Origin: Podarcis pityusensis
Taxonomy: Eukaryota
DNA length: 64,000 bases
Strand: one strand, 5' to 3'
Assembly (NCBI GenBank): GCA_964106645.2
Contig: OZ067048.1
The position numbers and the translations under genes are program-made. Shown one piece after another: positions 25,400-37,961 of this stretch (its first letter is position 1; each line of letters opens with the position of its first letter). The notes under the pieces are model-generated. The model had not been told where the DNA came from and searched no databases. It was given only the letters and a program-made list of their open reading frames with translations.

Positions 25400-25826
25400 C
25401 CGTATTTTTCCATGTATAACATGTCCCCATGTATAAGACGACCCCTATTTTGGGGGACTCCAATGTAAGAAAATGGGGGGGATTGCCCAGGGTTGTTGAG
25501 CGTTTTTTTTTGGGGGGGGGTGCCAAAAATCACTAACCCGACTGACAAACGCTACAAATTGCAAGTGTCGCCAAAGCCACAACGCGTCTGCTCGCCCGCC
25601 GACAGAAGCCGGCATTCGCACGCCCAATTGCCGCAGCGACAGCCAATCCACAGCAGCCCTTGCCGCAGCTACCAATCACCCACCAAATCGCTGCTGACAA
25701 GCTCCTGCTCGTGCCTGCAACCAATAGCCCGTCTCCTCTCTGCACTATGCATGTATAAGGCGACCCCAGATTTTTAACATTATTTTAGAGTAAAAAAACC
25801 CTCGTCTTATACACAAAAAAGTACGG
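25400..25826. mobile_element. Tc1/mariner-type non-autonomous element (CCGTATTTTT termini)
   Basis: TA TSD; TIRs CCGTATTTTTCCATGTATAA / TTATACACAAAAAAGTACGG; CpG-rich interior. Confidence 0.82.
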
Positions 25827-26163
25827 TAGTTTGTCCAGCCTGATGGCTCAGTGTGTGAACAACTTTGTGAGCCTCACTAGGTTTGAAAGTTTACTTAGAA
25901 AACAATTTGAGTTGGTATTTTCAACTCTCTTAAATTAATGTTAGTAGTACCTTCTCCAAAATAATTTAAAACCATTTAATACATTTACATTAATACCACT
26001 TTTCTGGATTCATACCTCTTGGCTATAGATATTGATTGGTAATAGGAAAATAACTTTATGTTTTAATAAGTGTGTATGTGTGTTTGTAAAATAGTTTGTA
26101 TTTTGGACAGCAAAATAAACAGGAAATGAAATACATATAATAACCATAATGAACTTTTTTCAG

Positions 26164-26264
26164 GTCTTCTCAAGATATGAAAAGCATAGGCAGTTGATAT
26201 TAGAAGAAATTTTCACTTCACTTGCAAGGTTACCAACCAGCAAAAGAAGTCTGAGGAACTTCAG
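26164..26264 (+). CDS. NIPBL: NIPBL exon 20 (VFSRYEKHRQ...SLRNF)
   Basis: cag|GTC, CAG|gtaatg; 101 nt. Confidence 0.96.
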
Positions 26265-26575
26265 GTAATGTACAGTGCTAATTTCTCTCTCCCTCTCCTC
26301 CCATCTTTTGAAGAAGTCTGTGTTTTTTTAGACATTTTATTGTTAACTGCCTGATTCAAGGGGCACGCTAAGCCAAACTATGTCTGCATAACTGCAGGGT
26401 TGGGATTTGAATCTAAGGTGCAATTTCAGATTTTGCATACAAGGCTTGTGGCTGTTGGGAGAGTAGAAAACACATCAAATGTCAGATGAGGGAAAACTCC
26501 TACCGTCCCCTACTTTTTGCTTGAATTTTTTCAATTTTTTGTTAATATGGCTTAACTGAATATTGGTTAACGAAA

Positions 26576-26785
26576 TGCCAGTGAGGTTTAGTGGACTAAG
26601 ACTAGGCAAGCATCTATTCCAATCCCCACTCCACCATGAAACCCCCTGGGTGACCTGCGCCAGCTACTATTACAGCCCAACCTACATCACAGATTTGATG
26701 AGATGATAAAAGAGGGGTGGGGTATAGCATAGGATCAAGCCATGCAAAGCATGCCACTCTGAATGCTATAAAGGAAGGGTGGGAT
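26576..26785 (+). mobile_element. Old tRNA-derived SINE (MIR/Squam3-like), degenerate
   Basis: gccagtgaggtttagtgg head and ctgggtgacct core resemble the younger copy at 45830; ends approximate. Confidence 0.5.
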
Positions 26786-26833
26786 AACATTGAAGGAAGG
26801 AGATTTATGAGTGTGAGGCAGGAATGCTTAAAT

Positions 26834-27251
26834 AAGGCATGGGGAAAGTTTGGCCTGCTGACCAAATTAGACCCAGCAGGTCTAATTTGGCCTACAAGGC
26901 TGTTTTCCCCATGCCATACACCTCCTGTCAATCTGTATCTACACCCAGTATTAGGTTTAGGACAGGTAAAGACATTACTGCAAAGGAACAACCAAAAGCT
27001 TTGAAGTGCACTCCCAATTGTTCCATAGCACTTGGGAGCTGCTGATCCCTTCTGAAGGTGTGGATTGCTGTCATTAGCTCATGGGTGGTGACTGCAATCT
27101 CCACTGGGGTTCCTGATCCAAAGCTTTCACATGCTGAAAGTGGGACTTGAATTCAGCATCAACTCCCAAGTCCTGCTTTTGTCAGGGGTCTTCCTCTACA
27201 ACCTTGCTTGTAGTCAAGCTGGGCTGTAGAGCAGAAAAGTTCCCATCCCTG
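26834..27251. mobile_element. Non-autonomous hAT element
   Basis: TIRs AAGGCATGGGGAA / TTCCCATCCCTG; perfect 8-bp TSD GCTTAAAT. Confidence 0.8.
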
Positions 27252-27498
27252 GCTTAAATCATGTAGCTTCAAAGTAAAGTGATACACTTCTGTTGGATTA
27301 ACTTTTGTTCCAGAAATGTACTGCTCTTTGGGGGAAGCTTATTGCTTAGTTTGAATGCAAAACCACAACCCTATTGTGGGGATAAGATTTGAGATCATTG
27401 TAATAATTGAAGCCAATTGAAAAAAATGCCAAGGGTTTTAGTGTTTTCCACTGGGTTGATTTTTAACATTAGTAAAATAGGTTTGTGTTTTTCAACAG

Positions 27499-27637
27499 AC
27501 TGAACAGCAGTGACACTGATGGTGAACCTATGTATATTCAAATGGTGACTGCACTGGTGCTACAACTAATTCAGTGTGTTGTGCATCTACCATCAGGCGA
27601 GAAGGACTCTAATTCTGAAGAGGAGTCAAATAAGAAG
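27499..27637 (+). CDS. NIPBL: NIPBL exon 21 (LNSSDTDGEPMYIQ...ESNKK)
   Basis: cag|ACTG, AAG|gtgaaa; 139 nt. Confidence 0.96.
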
Positions 27638-27973
27638 GTGAAAAATGCTTTAGATTTATGTATTTAGCATATGTTCATATAGTTCTTACCGTTATCATCA
27701 TAAATTCATGGAATGCTGGGCCAGTGATGGGTCGGGCATGGAATGTGGGGAAAGAGCAAAGGGGGAAATGTCAGTTGGTGACACTTGAAGGAGAAGTTGA
27801 AAAGGCACTGAAGAGAGAGGAAGCAAGTAAACACAATATATCAGAGAGGAAGAAAAGTGAACCTGGGCAACAGAGCAGATAGACTGAAAGAACTGTGAGA
27901 AATGAATATTTAACTAACTAAGTTAACTGAGGTTGAGTTATTTGATCACAGTGTTCGTTGGCTGAGTGAATTA

Positions 27974-28143
27974 CCGTATTTTTTGCTCTATAAGACTCAC
28001 TTTTTCCCTCCTAAAAAGTAAGGGGAAATGTGTGTGCGTCTTATGGAGCGAATGCAGGCTGCGCAACTATCCCAGGAGCCAGAACAGCAAGAGGGATCGC
28101 TGCTTTCGCTGGTCTGGTGCGTCTTATAGAGTGAAAAATACGG
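27974..28143. mobile_element. Tc1/mariner-type MITE (CCGTATTTTT family)
   Basis: TA TSD; TIRs CCGTATTTTTTGCTCTATAAGAC / GTCTTATAGAGTGAAAAATACGG; related copy at 62304-62472. Confidence 0.88.
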
Positions 28144-28171
28144 TATATTTTGTTTTTAAGATAATGAAGTA

Positions 28172-28682
28172 GCGTATTTACCAAGTCTAATGCACCATTG
28201 AATCTAATGAGCACCTCAATTTCCAGAACATTGAAACCAAAAAAAGTATTTGCTGGTGAATGTACTGTATTGGCCTGAATTTAAGCCTCACTTTCCCCTC
28301 AAATTCCAACCATGAAAAGTTAAAGTGCAGCTTATATTCGCAACCTTACGGTATGCATCCAGGAGCGCAGGGCAAACAGCGCCCACCTTGTGCGTAGTTC
28401 CCCGTCCTCTCCCCCAAGGCCGGGAAGGGAGAGAGCAAGGAAGGGGAAAGGCTGCCGGCAATGCAGCCCCCCCCCCCGCCCAGTATGTAGCCAGGAGCAG
28501 GGAGAAAGGGAGCAGCTTATATTTGGGTATTTGTTTTTTCAATTCTAAAGGTGCGGTTTATATTCGGGTCTGGCTTATATTCAGGCCAATATGGTAAATG
28601 TGCCATCAAATCTAATGTGCACCTTAATTTTCACAGTGTAATTTGTCCAAAAAAGGTGAGTGTTAGGTTCAAGTAAATACAG
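28172..28682. mobile_element. Tc1/mariner-type MITE interrupted by a second element
   Basis: Outer TIRs GCGTATTTACCAAGTCTAA / TTAGGTTCAAGTAAATACAG with TA flanks. Confidence 0.7.
28265..28594. mobile_element. Nested Tc1/mariner-type MITE
   Basis: TA TSD; TIRs CTGTATTGGCCTGAATTTAAGCC / GGCTTATATTCAGGCCAATATGG. Confidence 0.82.
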
Positions 28683-28821
28683 TATTGTTCATGTTCATTA
28701 GACTCAAAAGTGATTGCAAGGTTGCATCTCCTTGTCCATAGTTGAGAAACGTCTGTATTATACTTGCTGTTGCATAAATCACAACACACATTCAGTAAGC
28801 AGGCGCTGTGTTCATTTTCAG

Positions 28822-28904
28822 GTGGACCAGGATGTCCTCATTACAAACTCATATGAAACAGCCATGAGAACAGCACAAAACTTCCTTTCCATTTTTCTCA
28901 AGAA
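28822..28904 (+). CDS. NIPBL: NIPBL exon 22 (VDQDVLITNSYE...IFLK)
   Basis: cag|GTG, AA|gtgagt; 83 nt. Confidence 0.96.
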
Positions 28905-29904
28905 GTGAGTAGAATTCAACTGTTCATCTGTTATAAGTTTTATTTCTGTGTTGCTGTCCATGCAGGGCTTTGTCTCCTTCCACTTGCTCAAGAGGCAGGG
29001 ATCATGATAAATATTACCCTTACCTCCCTTATTAAGCTCTTAGAATTCTATAATTCTTTCTTTCTCCCTGGAGAATATCAGGAATTATCCCACTCTACCA
29101 AAGACCTATGGCATAAATTGGTTGTGTGCAGAGCTCTTAGAATAGACATCTAATGCACATCATTGTTCAGAAAATTTTATAGCCTTTTTGTTTCCTTCCA
29201 CCCTCCCTGGTGAAAGAAGTATCTACTTCCACCATTGCTTAGTGGATCAAGTTTTGCATTCCTCTAGCATACAAAGCACAACACATCCCTGTTTCATTCA
29301 TCATCATCGTACTTTCCATCAAGGCTGCAGTTCCCTCAGCATCCCTGTCATCAAATGCTCCAATGTCAGATCTGTTGGACAGTTATCACAGTCTGGATAT
29401 CTGGACAAACAGAGAAAGGAACATTGGGACTTTCCTTCTCAAAATGTCCAGAGGCACTCAGAATCAACCCAAAACTCTCATTCAATGGCTGGCATTCAGT
29501 GGCAATAATCTATTTTCATGGACTACATGCAGACACTTCTGCATCATAAACAACCCTTCTCTCATAGTTTCTCTTTTCTTTGTCCCTCCCTCAATTCCGG
29601 ATAACTCTTGACATTTATGAGCTTGTCCATGGTGAAACTGGGAGGGGCTTGTTCCGGGGAGGCAAAAATGTGTGAGTGCTTTTATATTTAGCGCTCATTA
29701 ACCTGGCATCAAAAGGATGTTAAGGCACACTGCTTCTCCCAGGTGTGATTATCAGGCTTATTACTGTTATATTGTTCCACATTTATGATTATATATATAG
29801 TGCCAGAAAATTCTCACTTAAAATGTAAAAGAAAAAGCTAGGATTCATTGAAAGGTGAATTCATTATGTCTTATTTTCCCCTTTTCATTGCTTTCTTCAA
29901 ACAG

Positions 29905-30037
29905 ATGTGGTAGCAAGCAAGGGGAAGAAGATTATAGGCCACTCTTTGAGAACTTTGTTCAGGATCTCCTTTCCACGGTCAACAAACCAGAATGGCCAGC
30001 TGCGGAGTTACTACTTAGTCTATTGGGAAGACTGTTG
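29905..30037 (+). CDS. NIPBL: NIPBL exon 23 (CGSKQGEEDYRP...LLGRLL)
   Basis: cag|ATGT, TTG|gtaaga; 133 nt. Confidence 0.97.
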
Positions 30038-30611
30038 GTAAGATGCTTGGATTTTTGAAGCAATAATTCTGCTTCACTTTTAATAATGGCTTGCTTATTT
30101 TGATGTAAGTTGTGAAAATAGTCTTACTGTACTGAATCTGCATGTTGCATGCAGTGCAATGTGCTTTGAGCTGGTGCAGACTTAATATAAGAGTGATCCT
30201 TAACTAGGATGAGGGATGAAGAACAGGCAGTTTCACTCCTTTTCCTACCATTTCTTTTTTTAGACTTTGAATTCTTCTCCCTCCTGCTCTATTATCACTG
30301 TTCCATGTTAAGTCTCACCAGTGTTAAACATGGTTACAGAAATGGACTCCAGATTTCAAAAGCTATGTTTGAAGTATCCTTGAGTTAATGTTGGTCAACT
30401 GTAAATATATGCTAAATGAGACGCAGAAGAAATTTTCTTACAAATGGAGAGAGGATGGCTTTTGATCTGAAGTGGCCTGAATTATATGTGAAATGCTAAA
30501 TAATGTTACTGAACTCTTCCCATTATTGTAGGAGAGGATCAAGCAATATGGTCTTGAAATGTGAGGGGAATAAAAATGAAGTTTATATATTTTTTTCTTT
30601 CATTTTCTTAG

Positions 30612-30755
30612 GTCCATCAATTTAGTAATAAATCTACAGAGATGGCTTTGAGGGTGGCATCACTCGACTATCTTGGTACCGTAGCAGCACGGCTGCGGAA
30701 GGATGCAGTCACTAGCAAAATGGATCAAGGATCTATAGCTCGAATTTTAAAACAG
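30612..30755 (+). CDS. NIPBL: NIPBL exon 24 (VHQFSNKSTE...RILKQ)
   Basis: tag|GTC, CAG|gtttga; 144 nt. Confidence 0.96.
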
Positions 30756-31321
30756 GTTTGAGTGAAGTTATTGTTGATTATTTTAAGACAGGTTTCAGTG
30801 TAGAGATTAGTGTCCATAAAATATTTGGAGTAACATCCCATACAAAACAATGAGGAAAAATAGCATTGTGAGATTTCTTCTTTGTGTTACTCTCAAAAAT
30901 CAAGAGTGCCGTTGACCTCTCATTTTGATTAGTTTACCCTTAAAATATAAGTTTGTGGCAGTTGCCTCTGGGAGCATCCAGCTGTTAGCTGGGGTGATGT
31001 GGGAGGTGGAGGGTGAGGGGGAAGAGACAACATTTAATTTCATGGCAAAATAAAAATTTGCTGCAGAAGGAGCAGCCCAACAGGTTTGTTGGGAGATGGT
31101 GTTTCACACACTTGCTACTAATTGATTGTGCGTATGATGACTTTGTTTGATACCTTTTATTTTTGTTGTGTGTTAACATGTTGTGTGTGACATATTGATG
31201 CTCCCGGTGTGTTTTGTAATTTGTTTACTTTAAAGTGTGTTTAGATCAAATTGATCCAAGTTAGTGTGTTCTGATATTGGGAAGGGTGTGATTTTTATTT
31301 AAAATATATTGTGTATTACAG

Positions 31322-31411
31322 GTCTCAGGAGGGGATGATGAAATCCAGCAACTGCAAAAGGCACTGTTAGATTATTTGGAAGAAAATACAGAAACTGATG
31401 CATCACTAGTG
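31322..31411 (+). CDS. NIPBL: NIPBL exon 25 (VSGGDDEIQQ...DASLV)
   Basis: cag|GTC, GTG|gtatgt; 90 nt. Confidence 0.96.
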
Positions 31412-33185
31412 GTATGTTGTAGTTAAGAGAAAGTCTGTGTAATCCTTTCTGTCTTGAAGGCCACATCAACTGTAGGCCAACCCTTGAGGGTGGTATGCCC
31501 ATTTGGGCATGGCCAAAGTTTGCAGAAATAAATCACATGTGCGCGCACACCCACCCACCCACTCACACCCACACCCACCATGGTGCTGCATTGGAAAGGA
31601 AGGTCTTCTGCTTACCTTGCAAATGTGCTGGCTTGTTCCCTTTTAAGCTGAGTGAGTAAGGTCTTGGGAGACCTTAAGCCTTTCTCCCTTAGCACACCAA
31701 TAGAGGAGGTGGCACAAAGGCTACTGCCTTTTAAACTTTTAAACTGCAACTAAGTTAGATACACAGGCACCACAAGTTAAACATATAGAAAGGTGGTATG
31801 TATGGACATCTAAAAGGTTATGTAGAGATTGATATCAGCAGTTATAAAGTTCATGTTACTTGTAGCTTTCTGATATGAGGCAAAAAACTGGCAAAATTTA
31901 TTACTCTAGTGTTTTTCCCTGCTGAACTTTACATGTCAGTGTTTTAGTATTACATGCAAATTGCCTCTTTTTACTATAAACTGTTTTCTGCTTCATACAC
32001 ACCCAGTGTTAAGAAGTTTGGGGGCTGTCCTGACAAGCTCCTGCACTAAAAATTTACCACTACACCACTGTTCAGTATAAAAATGCTAGTTCTTCCAATT
32101 TGGCAATACTTTTTTTCTTTTTAATGTTTGTGGGGTTGTAATATAACCTAAGAAAGAGATGACAGAACCACATTTGATGGTAGTTACTAAAACAACTTGA
32201 GTGATTTTTGGGGGGGAAGTTCAAATAAAGGAGCAAACATGGAAGTGCAAATTAGACATTTTCCCTGCTCCCTTCTTAGAAGTTTGAGAAGCTGAAGCAG
32301 GAGTTGCACCTCCTCAGATGTGTCACAAATAAGTTTTGCCACTTTTTAAATGTTATGCTGCTTTTGCATGAGTGAAAGAGAAAAGTATCAAGTACTCAGT
32401 GTTGTGGATTTTGGATCTAACTTGCTCAGTACAGTGTACTGCCTATACTGACTGGTAGGCTTCCAGGCCGGAATTTTTCCTAGCCCTATCTGGAGATACC
32501 GGGAACTGAACCTGGGGTCTTCTGAATGTAAAGCATGTGCTATGCCTTGAGATGTGGCCCTTCTCCTTTATGGGGAATATACCACAGTTGTCATTGACTT
32601 TGCTTCCTATCATGTAAGCAGTCCTATATTATGGACAGAGGCACTCTGGGTAGGTGAAGAGTGGGCCCTAACACTTTTATGATGGTCACATTTAATAAGC
32701 AGTAGAAGAACACGTTCATTTATTATAGACTCTAAAAACAGTTTATAATTGTTTTATCATGTTTTGTAGTGTAACTAATCCAGGAGTTAAAGTGTATTTG
32801 CAAACTAAAGTAACTCTTGTACATGAAAATGGCTTTGGGTTAAATTCAACTATATGCAACTCAAAATACAGTTGATAAATTCAGCTATATGTAATTCAAA
32901 ATGTAGTTGGCTTGGAACATGGAAGTGCCCTGCTTCATTTCCAGTAACAAGAACTTATATCAATATATTCTAAAATACTAGTGTCTGCCTTATTTATTTA
33001 TTTATTTATTTACGAATGAAAATCTATATCCCTCTTTTCTGTTGCTGTAAAAATACTCAAGGCAGCTTTCATCAATTAAAAATATACTAAATAAGCATAT
33101 CCAACAAACAGTAGAAGCAATGAAACACTTTCTGACATTGTCCTTTTTGGGACTTATTTTTCCACACTCTCTCCTGCCGCACCAG

Positions 33186-33400
33186 TTTTCTCGGAAATTT
33201 TATATAGCACAGTGGTTTCGGGACACTACTATGGAGACTGAGAAAGCAATGAAAACTCAGAAGGATGATGATTCATCTGAAGGAACACACCATGCAAAAG
33301 AAATCGAGACAACGGGACAAATCATGCACAGAGCAGAAAGTCGCAAAAAATTTCTTCGCAACATCATTAAAACGGCACCTTCTCAGTTCAGTACATTAAG
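33186..33400 (+). CDS. NIPBL: NIPBL exon 26 (FSRKFYIAQW...SQFSTL)
   Basis: cag|TTT, AAG|gtgagt; 215 nt. Confidence 0.97.
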
Positions 33401-33516
33401 GTGAGTTCCACAGATAGGTCATTTTTATTTACTAAACAACATTTGGTGTTCATGTATTGCCATATTCTTCTGTTGATAAGCAAACGCTAAAGCAATATTC
33501 TACCACTTCATTACAG

Positions 33517-33619
33517 GATGAATTCTGATACTGTGGACTATGAAGATGCTTGCTTGATTGTTCGCTACTTGGCCTCTATGAGGCCGTTTGCCCAGAGCTT
33601 CGATATTTATTTGACACAG
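33517..33619 (+). CDS. NIPBL: NIPBL exon 27 (MNSDTVDYEDAC...DIYLTQ)
   Basis: cag|GATG, CAG|gtaaac; 103 nt. Confidence 0.96.
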
Positions 33620-35189
33620 GTAAACTGTGCCAGAAGTCTTAGTGAAATACAGTTGGCTTCCTGGTTCCAAACGCTTATGCGGTAGTGTGCAATATCTGTT
33701 CATTGTTAAGCGCAGGTATTTAATAGGTCGTGGTAACACCACATGCTTCCATAATTATGTATCAATTCCACAACATTTTTCTTTATCCTGCATGCATTTC
33801 ACACCTCCTTGAACTCTTTATTTCATCTGTGCATTTTTGTAACAAGAACCTTAAGTTAAAAAGGTGTCTTAAAAGGATAATGGTCCTTTGCCTACATATA
33901 CTTTATTTGCATTCTTGAATTTTAAGGCTGTTACCTCATAAAGTGTATATTCACACATCCTAGTAGAGCAGCTTAATAACTCAAAATAGAAAATAGTTTT
34001 AGTAGTTTGCTTGCAGTGCATGGTACTGCCATGATGAATGTCGTAATTTAGTAGCTTGATTATATTAATACTTAATAGGAATGCAAGCATGTTTGAATGG
34101 GTCACCACGCTAGGCCTCCAGAAATACAAGTGTACTCCTACTTTGTTTAATTTTTTGGCCTTCATTGTGGTTCTTGACCAGAGTGGATTAAAAAAGCAGA
34201 AAGAATAATGAAATAGCTACTATGGAGGACTTGATCCAAAATTATCACCAAAAAAATCAAAAGAAAACACATACTTAGATGCCTCTTTAAAGAAGGCATT
34301 ATCAACAAGCAAGCAGTCATATTTTATATCACTCTGGGCACAATCCACCTAACATTGCTATTGCACAGCCTCCATTCATTTCAAGGGGCAGGCCCTCCAC
34401 AAATCCACTTACCGGGGAAAATGTCCCTCACCTAGGCTCAGTGCTGTGGCCTAGATGTTCTCTTTACCTTCTTCCTGACCATATTTGATACAAGCAGCCA
34501 AGGCTCACTGTAGTGAGTTCCAATTCACTGCTGCATCTGCCCAACAGTGGTATAGACAGGATAGTCTATTTTCCTGGCCCCAAAATCATGCATCTTTGGT
34601 GAGGAGGAAGTGCTTTCTCTGTGATGGCCAATGAAAATCCTACCCTCTTACAGTTCAGCCAGCCGTAATATTCTCTGGAGTGGTCTTCAAGTCACATCAT
34701 TCTTGAGAAGTGTCACAGGTAATGGATGCACCTGCCCACCCCATAAGTGAATCAAGTGGGACACAGGCTGCCCCTACCCAGTCTCCTTTTGGAATAAGCT
34801 GGGCTTTGGAGCAGGCAAACACTTTCTGCTTCTGCCAGTTTCAAATGTCAGCAAGACGTAAGGCACCTCTTGCCCCCAGTCCTCCACATATGCAAGTGTG
34901 CACATGTTAAAGGATTTGAAGGAGGGGAATATTGGCTATTTCAAATAATGGCTTGGCTACTGAATTGTGGCAAAACATGTGGACCTTTCACATGGAGTGA
35001 AATGGGGTGGTGCAATTAATATGTTTGACTGAGTGCCCCTTTGGTGAGGTTATGTTAGATTTCTGGTAGCTGGTTTTTCATTTTACTTCAATTCTAGCAT
35101 GTTTCCTCACTTCATTTTTGTTCGTTAAACATTGCGTGCTACTTTTCAAAAGCAAATAAAATGCCTTTTTTTTTTTGTTTTCTTATTAG

Positions 35190-35288
35190 ATTCTGCGTGT
35201 GCTTGGTGAAAATGCAATTGCTGTTCGAACAAAAGCCATGAAGTGTTTGTCTGAGGTTGTTGCTGTAGATCCCAGCATTCTAGCCAGG
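35190..35288 (+). CDS. NIPBL: NIPBL exon 28 (ILRVLGENAIAVRTKAM...SILAR)
   Basis: tag|ATT, AGG|gtaaac; 99 nt. Confidence 0.96.
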
Positions 35289-35384
35289 GTAAACAAAGGA
35301 AACACTCTGTGACCATACACACATTTTTCTCACAAGCAGCTTTTATGGTTTCCCTCACTTTGTGTTCTTGCTTGTTGTTTATAG

Positions 35385-35531
35385 CTTGACATGCAACGTG
35401 GTGTCCATGGACGGTTGATGGACAATTCCACTAGTGTACGAGAAGCAGCCGTGGAATTACTTGGTCGGTTTGTGCTTTGTCGACCACAGCTTGCTGAACA
35501 GTATTATGACATGCTGATTGAGCGAATACTG
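35385..35531 (+). CDS. NIPBL: NIPBL exon 29 (LDMQRGVHGRL...IERIL)
   Basis: tag|CTT, CTG|gtatgg; 147 nt. Confidence 0.96.
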
Positions 35532-35879
35532 GTATGGCTACTTTTAAATTCTAACATTTTATAAGTTCAATTTTTACATAGCTCTTTATGATGAAATAAA
35601 TATGATGGTCCTCTGTTCACCTCTGTTGAAACATAGTTTCTGACAAGCATCTCAAACTGCAATAGTGAGCATTAAGAAGATTTTTTTCTCCATTTGTAAG
35701 GATTTTACACTAAGTGTTTTAGCTTATTAATCATAGTACTGTGTGGTCTCGTTTTAATAGACATTATATTAGTTATCTGTTGCTAATCAGCTTCTTATAG
35801 CTGCCCTATGTGTTGTAAGATGGGTAACATGATGATTTTTTTTCCAGTATTAAAATTTTTCTTTCTTTTGCTTCTTCAG

Positions 35880-36014
35880 GATACTGGTATTAGTGTCAGG
35901 AAAAGAGTCATAAAGATTCTTAGGGATATCTGCATTGAACAACCAACATTTCCCAAAATTACAGAAATGTGTGTGAAAATGATTCGCAGAGTCAACGATG
36001 AAGAAGGCATTAAG
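35880..36014 (+). CDS. NIPBL: NIPBL exon 30 (DTGISVRKRVIK...DEEGIK)
   Basis: cag|GAT, AAG|gtacag; 135 nt. Confidence 0.97.
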
Positions 36015-36515
36015 GTACAGTAAACAAATCACTTACTACAGGGGTGAGCAGCCTCTGACCTGTGGGCCCATCTTGGTTGGCAGGGGTTCCAGTTTTGCCT
36101 GTGAGGCCATTTCCCTCAAACCAGGCCCATCTGTCCATCCGCTGAAGTCATGGCATGCTGCTAAGGCAGGATTAAACCCTGTCCTCATGCCCATCAGCTG
36201 ACATCCTGCCTTAGCAGCATGCCATGTTTCCAGCAAGTAACAGGATTGTGCAGCCAGGACAGCGGGACTGAGCAGGGATTAAAGCACTTCTCAAAAGCAG
36301 TGTTTGGATCTCCTGTGAGCAGTGGGTGGTTGCTGCTTCAGCAGGGTGGGGGTTGCTTGGCTGAGGTTATATTGGTGCTGATTTCCCTTCTGTTCAAGTT
36401 GAGCTGCTAGTGATATGTGTCTAGTGAATTGGGCTTTTTGTAGACTCTTGTTGGTAGTTTAGAGACTGTGGAAAGCTACTTTTACCTAATCAATAGCTAT
36501 CCATTTTATTTCCAG

Positions 36516-36614
36516 AAACTGGTAAATGAGACATTCCAGAAGCTGTGGTTTACTCCAACTCCCCATAATGACAAAGAAGCAATGACCAGGAAAATACTGA
36601 ACATTACAGATGTG
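36516..36614 (+). CDS. NIPBL: NIPBL exon 31 (KLVNETFQKLWF...NITDV)
   Basis: cag|AAA, GTG|gtatga; 99 nt. Confidence 0.96.
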
Positions 36615-36970
36615 GTATGAGAATGCTATTGTTCCCATTGACTAATGTATCAGTTGTGATAAATAGAGTTGTGTCTTACGTGTTCTAATTTTTTTATTGT
36701 CCTTGACATGATTGGCGATTATCCTCTGTCCCTAGTGTTGGTTTATTCTTTAAAGACTGAGAGTTCTCATACTGTAGTGCTCAAGCAAATGTTGCAGTTT
36801 GCACACATCTCCCTTGATACATGTAAAATACTCTGGGTCTTTAGTGAGGTTCCCTATAACTAATCAACTATTCTAGTATAGCACGTATGTAGGATTGAAG
36901 TTGATTAAGTAAACATAGCATTAAATGGATTCAAATATTTTCAAGAGAGTTTAACAATACTCCTGCAGTA

Positions 36971-37211
36971 CAGTGGTACCTCGAGTTACAAACGCCTCAG
37001 GTTACAAATGCTTCAAGTTACAAACTCTGCTAACCTGAAAGAGTTACCTCGAATTGAGAACTTTGCCCCAAGATGAGAACGGAAATTGTGTGCTGGCAGT
37101 GCAGTGGCAGCAAGAGGCCCCATTAGTGGAAGCACGCCTCTAGTTAAGAACAGTTTCAGGTTAAGAAAGGACCTCCGAAACAAATTAAATTCATAACTAG
37201 AGGTAGCACTG
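36971..37211. mobile_element. Tc1/mariner-type MITE, same family as 23837-24051, opposite orientation
   Basis: TA TSD; CAGTGGTACCTC / GAGGTAGCACTG termini. Confidence 0.87.
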
Positions 37212-37516
37212 TACAATATTTTTATAGTTTTCAATTATATAAAGCAGATTTCATGTTTATTTGACATTGTTTCCAAAAACATATTTGGTCTGCTTTGGTC
37301 TTAAGTTGATGATTAATGAACTTAGATGGTGTTTCAAATATTTTAGATGCTATTCAGAAACCTATTAGTATTATGAATGAGCATGTCACTTTACAGAGCC
37401 TAATAGGAAAGAGGTCCCTGCTTCAAAAATAATGTAGGTTAGACAGAGTGAAGGGATAGTAACATAAAGCAATAGTCATAAGGTTAGAAAAAACTTACAT
37501 TTGGTATATTACTATT

Positions 37517-37886
37517 GTGGGTGGCGCTGTGGTCTAAACCACTGAGCCTCTTTGGCTTGCCAATAGAAGGTTGGCAGTTCGAATCCACACGACAGGGTGA
37601 GCTTCCTTTGCTCTCTCCCAGCTTCTGCCAACCCAGCAGTTCTAAAGCACACTAGTGCAAGTAGAAAAATAGGTACCACTGTGGCAGGAAGGTAAATGGA
37701 GTTTCCGTGTATTCTGGCTTCCATCACGGTGTTCTGTTGTGCCAGAAGCGGTTTAGTCATGCTGGCCACATGACTCGGAAGGCTGTCTGTGGACAAACAC
37801 TGACTCCCTTGGCCTGAAGCGAGATGAGAGCCGCACCCCATAGTCACCTTTGACTGGACTTAACTGTCCAGGAGTCCTTTACCTTT
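37517..37886 (+). mobile_element. Sauria SINE (Squam1)
   Basis: GGGTGGCGCTGTGG A box, GTTCGAATCC B box, CCTTTACCTTT tail; similar to the copy at 56398. Confidence 0.88.
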
Positions 37887-37961
37887 TCTTATTGATGTTT
37901 TAATATTCACATATGTTACTGTAGAAAAGTTACATGCAAATGAATTTTCATTTTCTCTTAG

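Noticed and set aside
29160-29620. Overlapping short ORFs in intron 22
   Set aside because: Probably a decayed LINE fragment; no intact domain or assignable family by eye.
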